Positions 30,282 to 39,156 of a stretch of 64,000 bases of DNA are shown piece by piece. Both the position numbers and the translations under genes were made by a program. This DNA is from an uncultured Bacteroidales bacterium (GTDB taxonomy: Bacteria; Bacteroidota; Bacteroidia; Bacteroidales; JAGOPY01): contig CAZAZE010000001.1 of assembly GCA_964489545.1 (NCBI GenBank), positions 337,412-401,411 on the forward strand, in the 5' to 3' direction. The stretch's first letter is position 1. Each line of letters starts with the position of its first letter. The notes under the pieces were generated by a model. That model was given only the letters and a program-made list of their open reading frames with translations, did no database searches and was not told the DNA's origin.

Positions 30282-32270
30282 CTAGTGTTTAGGGTTTAGA
30301 GTTTGGTGCTTAGTGTTTAATGACTGCTGACTGCTGACTGCTGACTGCTGACTGCTGACTGCTGACTGCTGACTGCCCACAGCCACCCGCAGTGTCACCA
30401 GGAAGTTGAACCCGGGCATGGGACGGTATGGGACAACCTGATAATCCATATTGAATATGTTATTTAAATTCATCTGGACGGTCAAAGGCAGGGAATGGCG
30501 CAGGGCCCATGTTTTTGATGCCACAACATCCATAAGAAAGTATCCCGGTAATGAATCCGCATTGTCTTTTGAAGTATAGATCAGACCGGTAAAATTGCCC
30601 CTGAGGAACAGCTCAAATCCCCTGAATGATATTCCTGGACGTACCGACGCCCGATGTATCGGCGTGTATATCAGCTGCTTATGATAGGATTCATCAAACT
30701 CAAACTGCTTCAGCTGGTTGGTCGACCGGGTGAAGGAATAATTGCCGTTGAAGCTTACACCCAGCCGGCCGAACTGCTGCTCATAACCGGTGCTGAGCTC
30801 TATACCCCGCGATAAGACCTTTTGTGCGTTTTCCACGGACCAAAAACTGGCCCCGGGAAGCCAGAGGATCCATCCGTCGACCAGGGAGGTATAGGCTGTC
30901 GCATCAAAACTAAGCCTGACATCCTTCAATGAGGGTTTAAGTGTCACGCCTGCTTCGAAATTCCAGCTCTTCTCCGGCTCGAGTCCGGGATTTCCACCGG
31001 GGACCCAGAAGCGTTCATTCAGTGTCGGGGCCCTGAAATTTCGGGATACGCTCAGGCGTCCGGAAAGGAATTTCCACAGCGGGCCCTGAAAGCCAGCGGA
31101 GAAGAGGAAAGGCGGACGGTAACCAGTCACGAATTCCTGCCGGCCGTTCAGGCTGAATTGCCATTTGAACGGCGTGAAATCATGGCTGAAAGACGCATAC
31201 AGGCTGATCGACTGCTGATCTTCCGCCTGGGCGTAGAAATCCAGGTCGGCAAACTCATAAGTGTACTGTACACCGGCCAGCAAAACGGAACGGGGCGAAA
31301 ATTCCAGGCTGTTCTCTGCGGATGCGGCAGCAGTCTGGCTCCTGATCACGGAGTATACTTCTCCGGAAGGATCCGTATACCGCGTAAATTCATTGAAATA
31401 GGCTATCCGGGCCTCCTGAACCGACTTACGGTTATAGTTCTTCCACGACAGCATGCCGCGCCAGGAGCGGTCGATCTGGCTGGCTTCCGATTCATTCTGG
31501 GTCAGGGTCGGGGGAATATCGCGCCCGGCATACTGAAACCACAGGCTGGCCATCAGGTACTGCTGGCCGGATAATTTAAGAGACAGGTCCTGCAAAAAAC
31601 CGCCGCGTGAAACCGAAGCATGATCCAGCTTATCACGGTTTCCATATAAATCATTATAGGAAAAATCATTCTGTGACCCGTTCAGTGACCAGGCCGTTCT
31701 CGAAAACAATTTTTCACCGGACCATTCCGCGCTCCCTTCGAGGGCAAAGGTGCGAAAACTGCCTGCAGAGAAAGCTGCGGTGATTTTAGCGGCTGAAGGA
31801 CCGAAGACCGGACGGGTGGAAAGGTGCAGGCTGCCGCCGATGGCACCGCTGCCGAATATCGGGCTGGCTCCGCCGTAAAGCAGGGATATATCCTTAAAAA
31901 AGCCGCCCTGTATCAGGGAAAGGTCGACATAACCGATATTGGGCGGGGAAACTCTGATGCCGTTCCAGAACAGGCTGGTATGGTTGGCCGAGGTGCCCCG
32001 AAGAGAAAACGTGGCCAGCGTTCCCTGTCCGTAGTTTCTCACATAAGCCCCGGTGAGGCCGGTCAGTAATTCTGATAAGGTGGCGGCAGGGATCCGCATC
32101 CGGTCCAGGCTGTCGAACGAAACTGACTGTTGCCCTTTGGCATAACGGTTGATCCTTGAAGAAGTGATGTGAACATCCGGGAGCGACAATACCGTATCGG
32201 GCGCGCTATCCTGGCCGCTTGCCGCGACCGCAGCCAGAACCATCAACCATGTCATCAATTTTCCACGCAT
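30282..32270 (-). CDS. btuB: TonB-dependent outer-membrane receptor, vitamin B12 transporter BtuB-like
   Basis: Plug and 22-strand barrel features (TonB box region DTVLSLPDVHITSS; YGGASPIFGSGAIGG). Preceded by a cobalamin riboswitch. The start is set at ATG 32270 (MRGKLMTWLMVLAAVAASG signal peptide). The last 34 codons are repeat-encoded. Confidence 0.88.
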   Translation of the reverse strand: MRGKLMTWLMVLAAVAASGQDSAPDTVLSLPDVHITSSRINRYAKGQQSVSFDSLDRMRIPAATLSELLTGLTGAYVRNYGQGTLATFSLRGTSANHTSLFWNGIRVSPPNIGYVDLSLIQGGFFKDISLLYGGASPIFGSGAIGGSLHLSTRPVFGPSAAKITAAFSAGSFRTFALEGSAEWSGEKLFSRTAWSLNGSQNDFSYNDLYGNRDKLDHASVSRGGFLQDLSLKLSGQQYLMASLWFQYAGRDIPPTLTQNESEASQIDRSWRGMLSWKNYNRKSVQEARIAYFNEFTRYTDPSGEVYSVIRSQTAAASAENSLEFSPRSVLLAGVQYTYEFADLDFYAQAEDQQSISLYASFSHDFTPFKWQFSLNGRQEFVTGYRPPFLFSAGFQGPLWKFLSGRLSVSRNFRAPTLNERFWVPGGNPGLEPEKSWNFEAGVTLKPSLKDVRLSFDATAYTSLVDGWILWLPGASFWSVENAQKVLSRGIELSTGYEQQFGRLGVSFNGNYSFTRSTNQLKQFEFDESYHKQLIYTPIHRASVRPGISFRGFELFLRGNFTGLIYTSKDNADSLPGYFLMDVVASKTWALRHSLPLTVQMNLNNIFNMDYQVVPYRPMPGFNFLVTLRVAVGSQQSAVSSQQSAVSSQQSLNTKHQTLNPKH
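30285..30376. repeat. Composite tandem heptamer array: 5 degenerate GTGTTTA units (30285-30319) plus 8 perfect TGACTGC units (30321-30376)
   Basis: Read directly from the sequence. It fills the btuB / propeller-gene junction and is translated as the btuB C-terminal tail. Confidence 0.95.
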
Positions 32271-32351
32271 GCGCTCAGATGCTCGATTATTTCCGGGGAA
32301 GTGCGATGAAAGACAGAGAAAGCCATTCAACCCGGCCTCTTACCCGGAAGC

Positions 32352-32566
32352 CTGTTTTTGATCACCAATGGCAGGTTTTCTGACTTGACCTGTCTGCCGG
32401 CGGCCTTCCCGTTCTGCGCATCGCTGAGCGGAACAGTGGCAAAGGGTGCCGGAGAACTTGGCCCGGAAGGGCCAGGGCTTACAGCAGCGGGTACTGTCCG
32501 GGATTCACACCCGGTTCCCTATTATGTCGTGTTCCATGAAACGGTTCACGACCACCATTGATCCGG
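32352..32566 (-). promoter_or_regulatory. Cobalamin (adenosylcobalamin/B12) riboswitch
   Basis: The minus strand contains AGGGAACCGGGTGTGAATCCCGGACAGTACCCGCTGCTGTAAGC, GCCACTG...GGGAAGGC, and the B12 box AAGTCAGAAAACCTGCC, in the canonical order and spacing. Confidence 0.88.
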
Positions 32567-32574
32567 CAAAGTTA
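32567..32574 (-). promoter_or_regulatory. Bacteroidota -7 promoter box (TAACTTTG) for the riboswitch-btuB transcript
   Basis: Reverse complement of caaagtta, placed just 5' of the riboswitch P1 region. Confidence 0.5.
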
Positions 32575-32704
32575 AAGATCGGCGGATTAGAAAAACCGGC
32601 AGGGATAATTTTTTATTAACCGGGTGTTGAACGGATTTTTTTTAAATTTATGCCCTCATAATAAAAGGCGGACCAGATCCGTTGTTTCTAAAGATCATTG
32701 CCCG

Positions 32705-32884
32705 ATGAAAAAATTTATCCGACTGCTGATCCTCCTGCTGGTGATTGGTTCCCTTACCGGGATAGCAAGTTCATGTTCCCTTCTGAGCGAAACCCATTCT
32801 CAGAAGTTAGCCCCTTACAAGCAGAAGAATCCCCTTCCGAAGAAGTACATCATCAACAACGGGTACAAGCCAATTGCTAAATAA
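32705..32884 (+). CDS. Small hypothetical lipoprotein (59 aa)
   Basis: MKKFIRLLILLLVIGSLTGIASSC is a signal peptide with a lipobox. The internal ATG of ORF 32624-32884 was chosen as the start. Confidence 0.4.
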   Translation: MKKFIRLLILLLVIGSLTGIASSCSLLSETHSQKLAPYKQKNPLPKKYIINNGYKPIAK

Positions 32885-32919
32885 ATCACTATTCCGGCCA
32901 GATTCAGGCCTGACCAGGA

Positions 32920-34551
32920 TCACTCTTCATCCATAAAAGGATACCGGAAATCCACGGGCGGATTGAAATTCTCCTTGATGGTCCGCGGCGACACCCAGCG
33001 CAACAGGTTCAGGTAGGACCCTGATTTGTCATTGGTTCCGGAAGCCCGGGCCCCGCCGAAAGGCTGCTGGCCGACCACCGCACCGGTGGGTTTATCATTG
33101 ATATAGAAATTCCCGGCCGCGTTCACCAGTCTTTTGGTGGTTTCGTCGATGATATACCGGTCCTGCGCGAAAATGGCCCCGGTGAGCGCATAGGGAGAGG
33201 TCTTATCGAGGATGTCGAGCGTCTGGAAATATTGGTCATCTTCATAAACGTAAATGGTCAGGATGGGCCCGAACAACTCTTCGCACATGGTGACATATTT
33301 CGGGTTCCGGGTAAGGATCACGGTGGGTTCGATGAAATAACCGACCGATTTGTCGTACTTGCCCCCGGCAATGATTTCGACATCCGGATCTTTCCGGGCC
33401 CGGTCGATATAACCGGCCAGCTTGTCAAAGGCGGCCTCGTCGATCACCGCGTTGATAAAATTCCGGAAATCCTCCACTCCGCCCATTTTCATCCCTTTCA
33501 GGTCGTCAAGCATCAGGTCCCTGATCTCCTGCCAGAGGCTTTTCGGGATATAGGCACGGGACGCGGCGGAGCATTTCTGCCCCTGGTACTCGAACGCGCC
33601 CCGGGAGAGCGCGGTGACCACCGGACGGATCTTCGCCGAAGGGTGGACCATGACAAAATCCTTCCCGCCGGTCTCACCGACGATCTTCGGGAAGGTATTG
33701 TGCAGGGCGACATTCTCCCCGATCGCCTTCCATATCTTATTGAACACTTCGCTGGAGCCGGTAAAATGCACCCCGACGAATTCCGGGTGTGTCGACATGA
33801 TCTTTCCACCCACGGGCCCGTCGACCATGATCATGTTGATCACGCCCGGGGGCAGGCCGGCCTCCCTGAATATCTCCATCAGGACATTTGCGGAATAAAT
33901 CTGGGTATTGGCCGGTTTCCAGACCACTACATTTCCCATCAGCGCCGGGGCCGAAGGAAGGTTTCCCGCGATGGATGTAAAATTAAAGGGGGTCACCGCA
34001 TAGACGAAGCCTTCCAGCGGGCGCCACTCCATTTTGTTCCATGTGCCATGCGATGAAATCGGCTGATCCATATAGATCTGCGTCATGTAATGGACGTTGA
34101 ACCTCAGAAAATCGGCCATTTCGCAGGCGGCGTCGATTTCCGCCTGGTAGGCGTTCTTCGACTGTCCCAGCATGGTGGCCGCATTGAGTTTGGCGCGGAA
34201 GGGACCGCTGATAAGGTCGGCGGCCTTGAGGAAGATGGCGGCGCGCTGATCCCAGGTGAGCGCCTGCCATTTCGGCCGGATGGCCAGCGCGGCGTTGATG
34301 GCCTGGTGCACGTGATCGCCCGTTCCTTTGTGATAATATCCCAGGGTGTGGCGGTGGTCGTGCGGCGGGCTCATGCGGATGAGCTCGCCGGTGCGCACCT
34401 CCTCCCCGCCAATAAACATGGGCACTTCAATTTCCCGCGAACGAAGGTCGGCCAGGGCTGCCTTGAGTGCAGCGCGCTCGGGTGTTCCGGGGGCATAAGT
34501 CAGCACCGGCTCATTGAAGGGAGCGGGGGCTTTGTAAAATCCTTTTGACAT
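32920..34551 (-). CDS. pruA: L-glutamate gamma-semialdehyde (1-pyrroline-5-carboxylate) dehydrogenase
   Basis: Aldehyde dehydrogenase fold with catalytic GQKCSAASR and ETGGKD. The N-terminus MSKGFYKAPAPFNEPVLTYAPG is typical of PruA. Start set at ATG 34551. Confidence 0.88.
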   Translation of the reverse strand: MSKGFYKAPAPFNEPVLTYAPGTPERAALKAALADLRSREIEVPMFIGGEEVRTGELIRMSPPHDHRHTLGYYHKGTGDHVHQAINAALAIRPKWQALTWDQRAAIFLKAADLISGPFRAKLNAATMLGQSKNAYQAEIDAACEMADFLRFNVHYMTQIYMDQPISSHGTWNKMEWRPLEGFVYAVTPFNFTSIAGNLPSAPALMGNVVVWKPANTQIYSANVLMEIFREAGLPPGVINMIMVDGPVGGKIMSTHPEFVGVHFTGSSEVFNKIWKAIGENVALHNTFPKIVGETGGKDFVMVHPSAKIRPVVTALSRGAFEYQGQKCSAASRAYIPKSLWQEIRDLMLDDLKGMKMGGVEDFRNFINAVIDEAAFDKLAGYIDRARKDPDVEIIAGGKYDKSVGYFIEPTVILTRNPKYVTMCEELFGPILTIYVYEDDQYFQTLDILDKTSPYALTGAIFAQDRYIIDETTKRLVNAAGNFYINDKPTGAVVGQQPFGGARASGTNDKSGSYLNLLRWVSPRTIKENFNPPVDFRYPFMDEE

Positions 34552-34680
34552 GGTATAATCGTTTGAAGATGATGCTGCAAAGGTACGATTTTTATTTGGA
34601 ATCATTCTAAATTTCATTCGACCCTTCTGTTCAAATGCTTATCAGAGTAGCAATTACTAGGTTTTATCGATTTTTTTCAT

Positions 34681-34688
34681 TATCTTTG
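34681..34688 (+). promoter_or_regulatory. Bacteroidota -7 promoter box (TATCTTTG)
   Basis: TAnnTTTG match in the AT-rich divergent spacer between pruA and the KamA-like gene. Confidence 0.4.
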
Positions 34689-34760
34689 TAAAATAACGCT
34701 AACTAGTTCATTATGAATACTATATATAAATTCCTATAAATTCCTAAAGCTTAGATTGTT

Positions 34761-37037
34761 ATGAGAGAAACACCCGATCGGCACGATACGATGGAGCAAA
34801 GTCCGGAAAAACCGTTGCAGGTTCTTGATTACCGGGACGTTTTGCCGGAAGAAGGATTGTTGGAGCAGGACCGTATCGCCATCAGCGTCACTTCCAGAAA
34901 ACTATTACACCAGATCCTGTCGGAGAACCCGGATCTGGACAAGATCCTGCACTCCGCCCCCGATATCACGGCGGTCATTTCATCGATCCGGGAGTGGATG
35001 ATGAGGATCATCGGAAACAATTCACTGGCTGCAAATTTTTACGAAGCGAAGATATACGGCAAAAAGGCGATCAGAAAAATGTCACCGACGGAATTAGCCG
35101 CCATTCGTATCCTTGACTACCTGGATCATTCCGGAAAACGTATTCCTGACCTGAACCGCAGGGGCGAACTGACCGAGAACCATCCGTTCAAGCTGCTCTG
35201 GCTGGCCCGCAACTATGGCCGCAGCGGAGCCCGGCCCGCTTTCTTCCAGGACATGCTGATGCTGTTCCGTCAGCTCCGGGGCGTGACCGAAATGAAAAAA
35301 CCTGACCTGCAGGAGCTGAACCGCTGGATGGACCGGCATCCTTCAGGGCTGGATCCCGACATCATCCGGATGCACCAGAAAAATAAAGAGCGCATTCTGA
35401 ACCTGATCATCAACAAGATCGACCAGGGAAGCTGGGCCGATAACCGGTATTATTTCCCGGACGGGGCCAGCCAACAGGAAAAGAAAGCCCTGGCCCTGCA
35501 GTGGTGGAACGAACGCCTGTTTCACCTGCGCTTTGCCGCACGCGACGCCGACACCCTCAACGAAATGCTCGACGGATCGCTGGATGCCGCGACCATGGCG
35601 CTGCTGCGCGAAGGCACCGAACAGGGAATCCCCATTTTTGTCAACCCCTACTATCTTTCCCTGCTGCTGATCAACCCGCCGGCGCATCTGACCGGCTGCG
35701 ACCAGCCCATACGCGACTATATCTTTTACAGCAAGGAGCTGCTCCATGAATTCGGCAGCATCGTGGCCTGGGAAAAAGAAGACGAGGTGGAACCGGGCAA
35801 GCCCAATGCGGCCGGATGGATACTGCCCAATAACTTCAACCTGCACCGCCGGTATCCAGATGTGGCCATTCTGATCCCAGACACCGTCGGCCGCTCCTGT
35901 GGCGGGCTCTGCGTCTCCTGCCAGCGGATGTACGACTTCCAGCGGGGCAACCTTAATTTCGAGCTCGACCGGCTGAAACCCCGCGAAACCTGGTGGGAAA
36001 AGCTGGAGGATCTCATGGAATACTTCGAGAACGACTCCCGGCTGTGCGACATCCTGATCACCGGCGGCGACGCCCTCATGAGCGCCAACAAATCGCTCCG
36101 CCTCATCCTGGACGCAGTCTACCGCATGGCCATGAGAAAAAGGAAAGCCAACCAGGACCGCAAACCCGGCGAAAAATACGCCGGGATCAAAAGAGTGCGG
36201 CTCGGCACCCGGCTTCCGGTGTACATCCCCATGCGCATCACCGACGAACTGGTGGAAATCCTGGCGGAATTCCGGCAGAAAGCCCGGCAGGCGGGCATCC
36301 GCCAGCTGGTCATCCAGACGCACTTTGAATCTGCACTGGAAGTAACCCCCGAGGCCAGGGAAGGAATCCGGAAATTGCTGTCGGCCGGCTGGATGGTCAC
36401 CAACCAGCAGGTGTTCACCGCTTCCGCCTCCCGCCGCGGACATACCGCAAAACTACGGAAGGTGCTGAGCGAAATCGGGGTCCTTCCCTACTATACCTTC
36501 ACCGTCAAAGGCTACATGGAAAATTACCGGAACTTCGCCCCCAACGCGCGGAGCGTCCAGGAACAAATAGAGGAAAAATCGTTTGGGAAGATACCCGACG
36601 AATACCTCGAACAACTGAAAACCCTGCCCGAAGATCCCACGCACATGGTTCGCAATATCCGAAAGATCATGCATGGCGCGGAATTGCCATTCCTGGCAAC
36701 CGACCGGAATATGCTGAACCTGCCGGGCGTCGGAAAAAGCATGACGTTCCGGACCATTGGCATCACACGGCATGGCCGCAGGATACTGGAATTCGACCAT
36801 GATGAAACACGGAGCCACAGCCCGGTTGTGGAACGCATGGGCAAAGTGACCATTATCGAATCAAAACCGATCTTTGAATACCTGCGGCAGCTGGGAGAGA
36901 TGGGCGAAGAGCCCGCAGATTACGCCGGAATTTATGATTATTCCATAGGATTCTCGGAAAAAAGGCTTCCGGTTTACAAATATCCCAGGAGCGAAGAAGA
37001 GGTCACGGAAGAGATCACCAACTTCCAGCTGCCGTGA
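34761..37037 (+). CDS. KamA (lysine 2,3-aminomutase) family radical SAM protein, long form
   Basis: Radical SAM cluster motif CGGLCVSCQRMY (CxxxCxxC) starts at residue 380. It is preceded by HRRYPDVAILIPDTVGRSC, as in KamA enzymes. 758 aa. Confidence 0.75.
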   Translation: MRETPDRHDTMEQSPEKPLQVLDYRDVLPEEGLLEQDRIAISVTSRKLLHQILSENPDLDKILHSAPDITAVISSIREWMMRIIGNNSLAANFYEAKIYGKKAIRKMSPTELAAIRILDYLDHSGKRIPDLNRRGELTENHPFKLLWLARNYGRSGARPAFFQDMLMLFRQLRGVTEMKKPDLQELNRWMDRHPSGLDPDIIRMHQKNKERILNLIINKIDQGSWADNRYYFPDGASQQEKKALALQWWNERLFHLRFAARDADTLNEMLDGSLDAATMALLREGTEQGIPIFVNPYYLSLLLINPPAHLTGCDQPIRDYIFYSKELLHEFGSIVAWEKEDEVEPGKPNAAGWILPNNFNLHRRYPDVAILIPDTVGRSCGGLCVSCQRMYDFQRGNLNFELDRLKPRETWWEKLEDLMEYFENDSRLCDILITGGDALMSANKSLRLILDAVYRMAMRKRKANQDRKPGEKYAGIKRVRLGTRLPVYIPMRITDELVEILAEFRQKARQAGIRQLVIQTHFESALEVTPEAREGIRKLLSAGWMVTNQQVFTASASRRGHTAKLRKVLSEIGVLPYYTFTVKGYMENYRNFAPNARSVQEQIEEKSFGKIPDEYLEQLKTLPEDPTHMVRNIRKIMHGAELPFLATDRNMLNLPGVGKSMTFRTIGITRHGRRILEFDHDETRSHSPVVERMGKVTIIESKPIFEYLRQLGEMGEEPADYAGIYDYSIGFSEKRLPVYKYPRSEEEVTEEITNFQLP

Positions 37038-37052
37038 TGCCCGGAAAAGGAA

Positions 37053-37799
37053 CTACTTCAATTCCCCCTTGTGGTATTTTTCCGTTCGGGTGAGTCTCCC
37101 CTGCTCATCATAATACGACCATGCGCCCTGTTTCACGCCGTTTTCGTAGGATCCAACCAGGCGCAGCGTACCATCTTCATAAAACTCCTGGTACACTCCG
37201 TGCAGATTGTCTTCCATGTATGTCTTTTCTGACTGGATGTTCCCGTTGACGCGGAAGGTCAGGGCGGGGCCGTTGAGTTTTCCGTCACGGTAATGATTTT
37301 CAGCTATTTTATTCGATTTGGTGTTATACCATACCGCAACACTGTCGCGCAGGCCATCCTTAAACCAGGCTTCTTCCTGCAGGATCCCGCCATCGTAATA
37401 AATCCGGGTCCGGCCATGGAGCTTATCTCCCCGGTATTCCTTCTCCCATAACGGTTTTCCCATTCTGCCGTACTGACGGCTCATCCCATCCAGCAGGTTG
37501 TCACGGTAAAAAGCCTGGCTGCTGATGGCCCCTTTGCTGTCTATTTCAAGGAACAAACCGTTCCTGAGGCCATTCCGGTATTCCTCGACGCGCATTACAA
37601 TGCCCGTGGGATACCAGGTAATCCAGGTGCCCTCCTTCTTCCCGTTAAAATAATGTCCTTCCGACACCAGGTCTCCGATGGTGTCGCGGGAAAAAACCCG
37701 TACCCCATGATCCTGGGCTGGAAGTTGCAGATTAAAAAATATGAATAGCGCAATGAATAAGAAAAAAGTTCTCATCTGGCAAGAAATCTTTAGGTTCAT
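37053..37799 (-). CDS. MORN-repeat-variant / YwqK-like repeat protein (secreted)
   Basis: Repeated G-x-W-x-x-(Y/W)-Y-x-x-G motifs (GTWITWYPTG, GAWSYYDEQG). Signal peptide. 4-bp overlap with rimO. Confidence 0.7.
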   Translation of the reverse strand: MNLKISCQMRTFFLFIALFIFFNLQLPAQDHGVRVFSRDTIGDLVSEGHYFNGKKEGTWITWYPTGIVMRVEEYRNGLRNGLFLEIDSKGAISSQAFYRDNLLDGMSRQYGRMGKPLWEKEYRGDKLHGRTRIYYDGGILQEEAWFKDGLRDSVAVWYNTKSNKIAENHYRDGKLNGPALTFRVNGNIQSEKTYMEDNLHGVYQEFYEDGTLRLVGSYENGVKQGAWSYYDEQGRLTRTEKYHKGELK

Positions 37800-39103
37800 G
37801 AAGGAACAACCGTTCCGAACAAATCGAAATAATCCGCCTTTTCGACCCTGACCCTGCAGAAATCCCCCGGCTTCAGGCTTCCGGCGCCCGAAATGAGGAT
37901 CTCATTGTCGACTTCGGGAGAATCAAATTCGGATCTCCCGATCATGTATTCCCCTTCTGCCCGGTCGATGATCACTTTCAGCACCGTCCCGACCTTCTCC
38001 TGGTTTTTTTCCAGGGAGATTGCCTGCTGGATTTCCATGATCTCTTCCATCCGCGACCGCTTCACCGCTTCCGGAACCACATCATGCAGGTAATAAGCTG
38101 CCGTTTTTTCTTCCGGGGAATAAGTAAACACCCCCAAACGATCGAAGCGCTGCCGTTGGACAAAGGCTTTGAGCTCTTCGAAATGTTCTTCCGTTTCGTA
38201 CGGAAAACCTGTGATGAGTGTAGTCCGGATGGCGATCCCGGGTACTTTTTCCCGGAACCGGTCCAGCAGTTTCAAGGTTTTTTCGGTGGTGATGCCCCGG
38301 TTCATGGAACGCAACATCATATCGCTGATGTGCTGAAGTGGGATGTCGATGTATTTGCAGATTTTTTCCTGGCGCCGCATCACGTCGAGCAGATCTTCGG
38401 GAAAATCGGTGGGATAGGCGTAGTGAAGCCGGATCCATTCGATGCCGGGAATTTCGCACAGGGCATCCAGCAGCGGCCCCAGCCTTCTCTCGCGGTAAAG
38501 GTCCATCCCGTAATAAGTGAGATCCTGGGCGATGAGGATGAGTTCCCTGACGCCCCGGGCGGCCAGGTGGGTGGCCTCGTGCACCAGGTCCTCCAGCGGG
38601 CGCGAGACGTGTTTGCCACGGATCAGCGGGATAGCGCAGAAGGAGCATTTCTTGTTGCAGCCTTCCGAAATTTTCAGATAGGCATAATGCCCGGGCGTGG
38701 TCAGCAGCCGTTCCCCGATCAGCTCTTTCCGATAGTCAACGCCCAGGTCCTTCAGAATGACCGGCAGGTCGTTCACCCCGTAAAACCCATCGACTTCCAG
38801 CAGTTCGGCTTCGAGTTCCTTACGGTAGCGCTGGGAGAGGCAGCCCATGACGTACACTTTCCCTACCAGGCCATCTTTCTTGGCCTGGGCGTAGCGCAGG
38901 ATGGTGTCGATGGATTCTTCCTTGGCGTCGCTGATGAAACCGCAGGTATTCACCACTACTACTTCAGAGGGTTCGTCGGATTCATGCACCACATCTACCC
39001 GGGCCGCTTTAAGCTGGCCCATCAGCACCTCCGAATCGACAATGTTTTTGGAACACCCGAGCGTAACGATATTGACTTTATGCCTTGCCTGCTTCGTCTT
39101 CAC
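37796..39103 (-). CDS. rimO: Ribosomal protein S12 methylthiotransferase RimO
   Basis: MTTase N-domain (VNIVTLGCSKNIVDSE), radical SAM CNKKCSFC, and a TRAM C-terminus. GTG start. Confidence 0.92.
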   Translation of the reverse strand: MKTKQARHKVNIVTLGCSKNIVDSEVLMGQLKAARVDVVHESDEPSEVVVVNTCGFISDAKEESIDTILRYAQAKKDGLVGKVYVMGCLSQRYRKELEAELLEVDGFYGVNDLPVILKDLGVDYRKELIGERLLTTPGHYAYLKISEGCNKKCSFCAIPLIRGKHVSRPLEDLVHEATHLAARGVRELILIAQDLTYYGMDLYRERRLGPLLDALCEIPGIEWIRLHYAYPTDFPEDLLDVMRRQEKICKYIDIPLQHISDMMLRSMNRGITTEKTLKLLDRFREKVPGIAIRTTLITGFPYETEEHFEELKAFVQRQRFDRLGVFTYSPEEKTAAYYLHDVVPEAVKRSRMEEIMEIQQAISLEKNQEKVGTVLKVIIDRAEGEYMIGRSEFDSPEVDNEILISGAGSLKPGDFCRVRVEKADYFDLFGTVVPS

Positions 39104-39117
39104 AGTAGAAAAAGAAA

Positions 39118-39156
39118 AGTTCCCGAACTTAAACCTTAAACCCTAAAACTTAAACC
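39118..39156 (-). repeat. 39-nt dispersed element, copy 1 (reverse orientation): GGTTTAAGTTTTAGGGTTTAAGGTTTAAGTTCGGGAACT
   Basis: Differs at only 2-3 positions from the copies at 41517-41555 and 49694-49732. The ftsY stop codon TAA (39150-39152) lies inside it. Confidence 0.9.

Noticed and set aside
32358-32561. A 67-aa plus-strand ORF upstream of btuB.
   Set aside because: It lies entirely antisense to a canonical cobalamin riboswitch, and I see no independent support for coding.
35343-36443. A 366-aa ORF antisense to the KamA-like gene. Similar cases are 38084-39139 (antisense to rimO), 50814-51902 (antisense to mnmE), 26368-27195 (antisense to floA), 33232-34056 (antisense to pruA) and 39342-40163 (antisense to ftsY).
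   Set aside because: The same shadow-ORF explanation applies. In each case the sense-strand gene has clear family motifs, and the antisense products do not.
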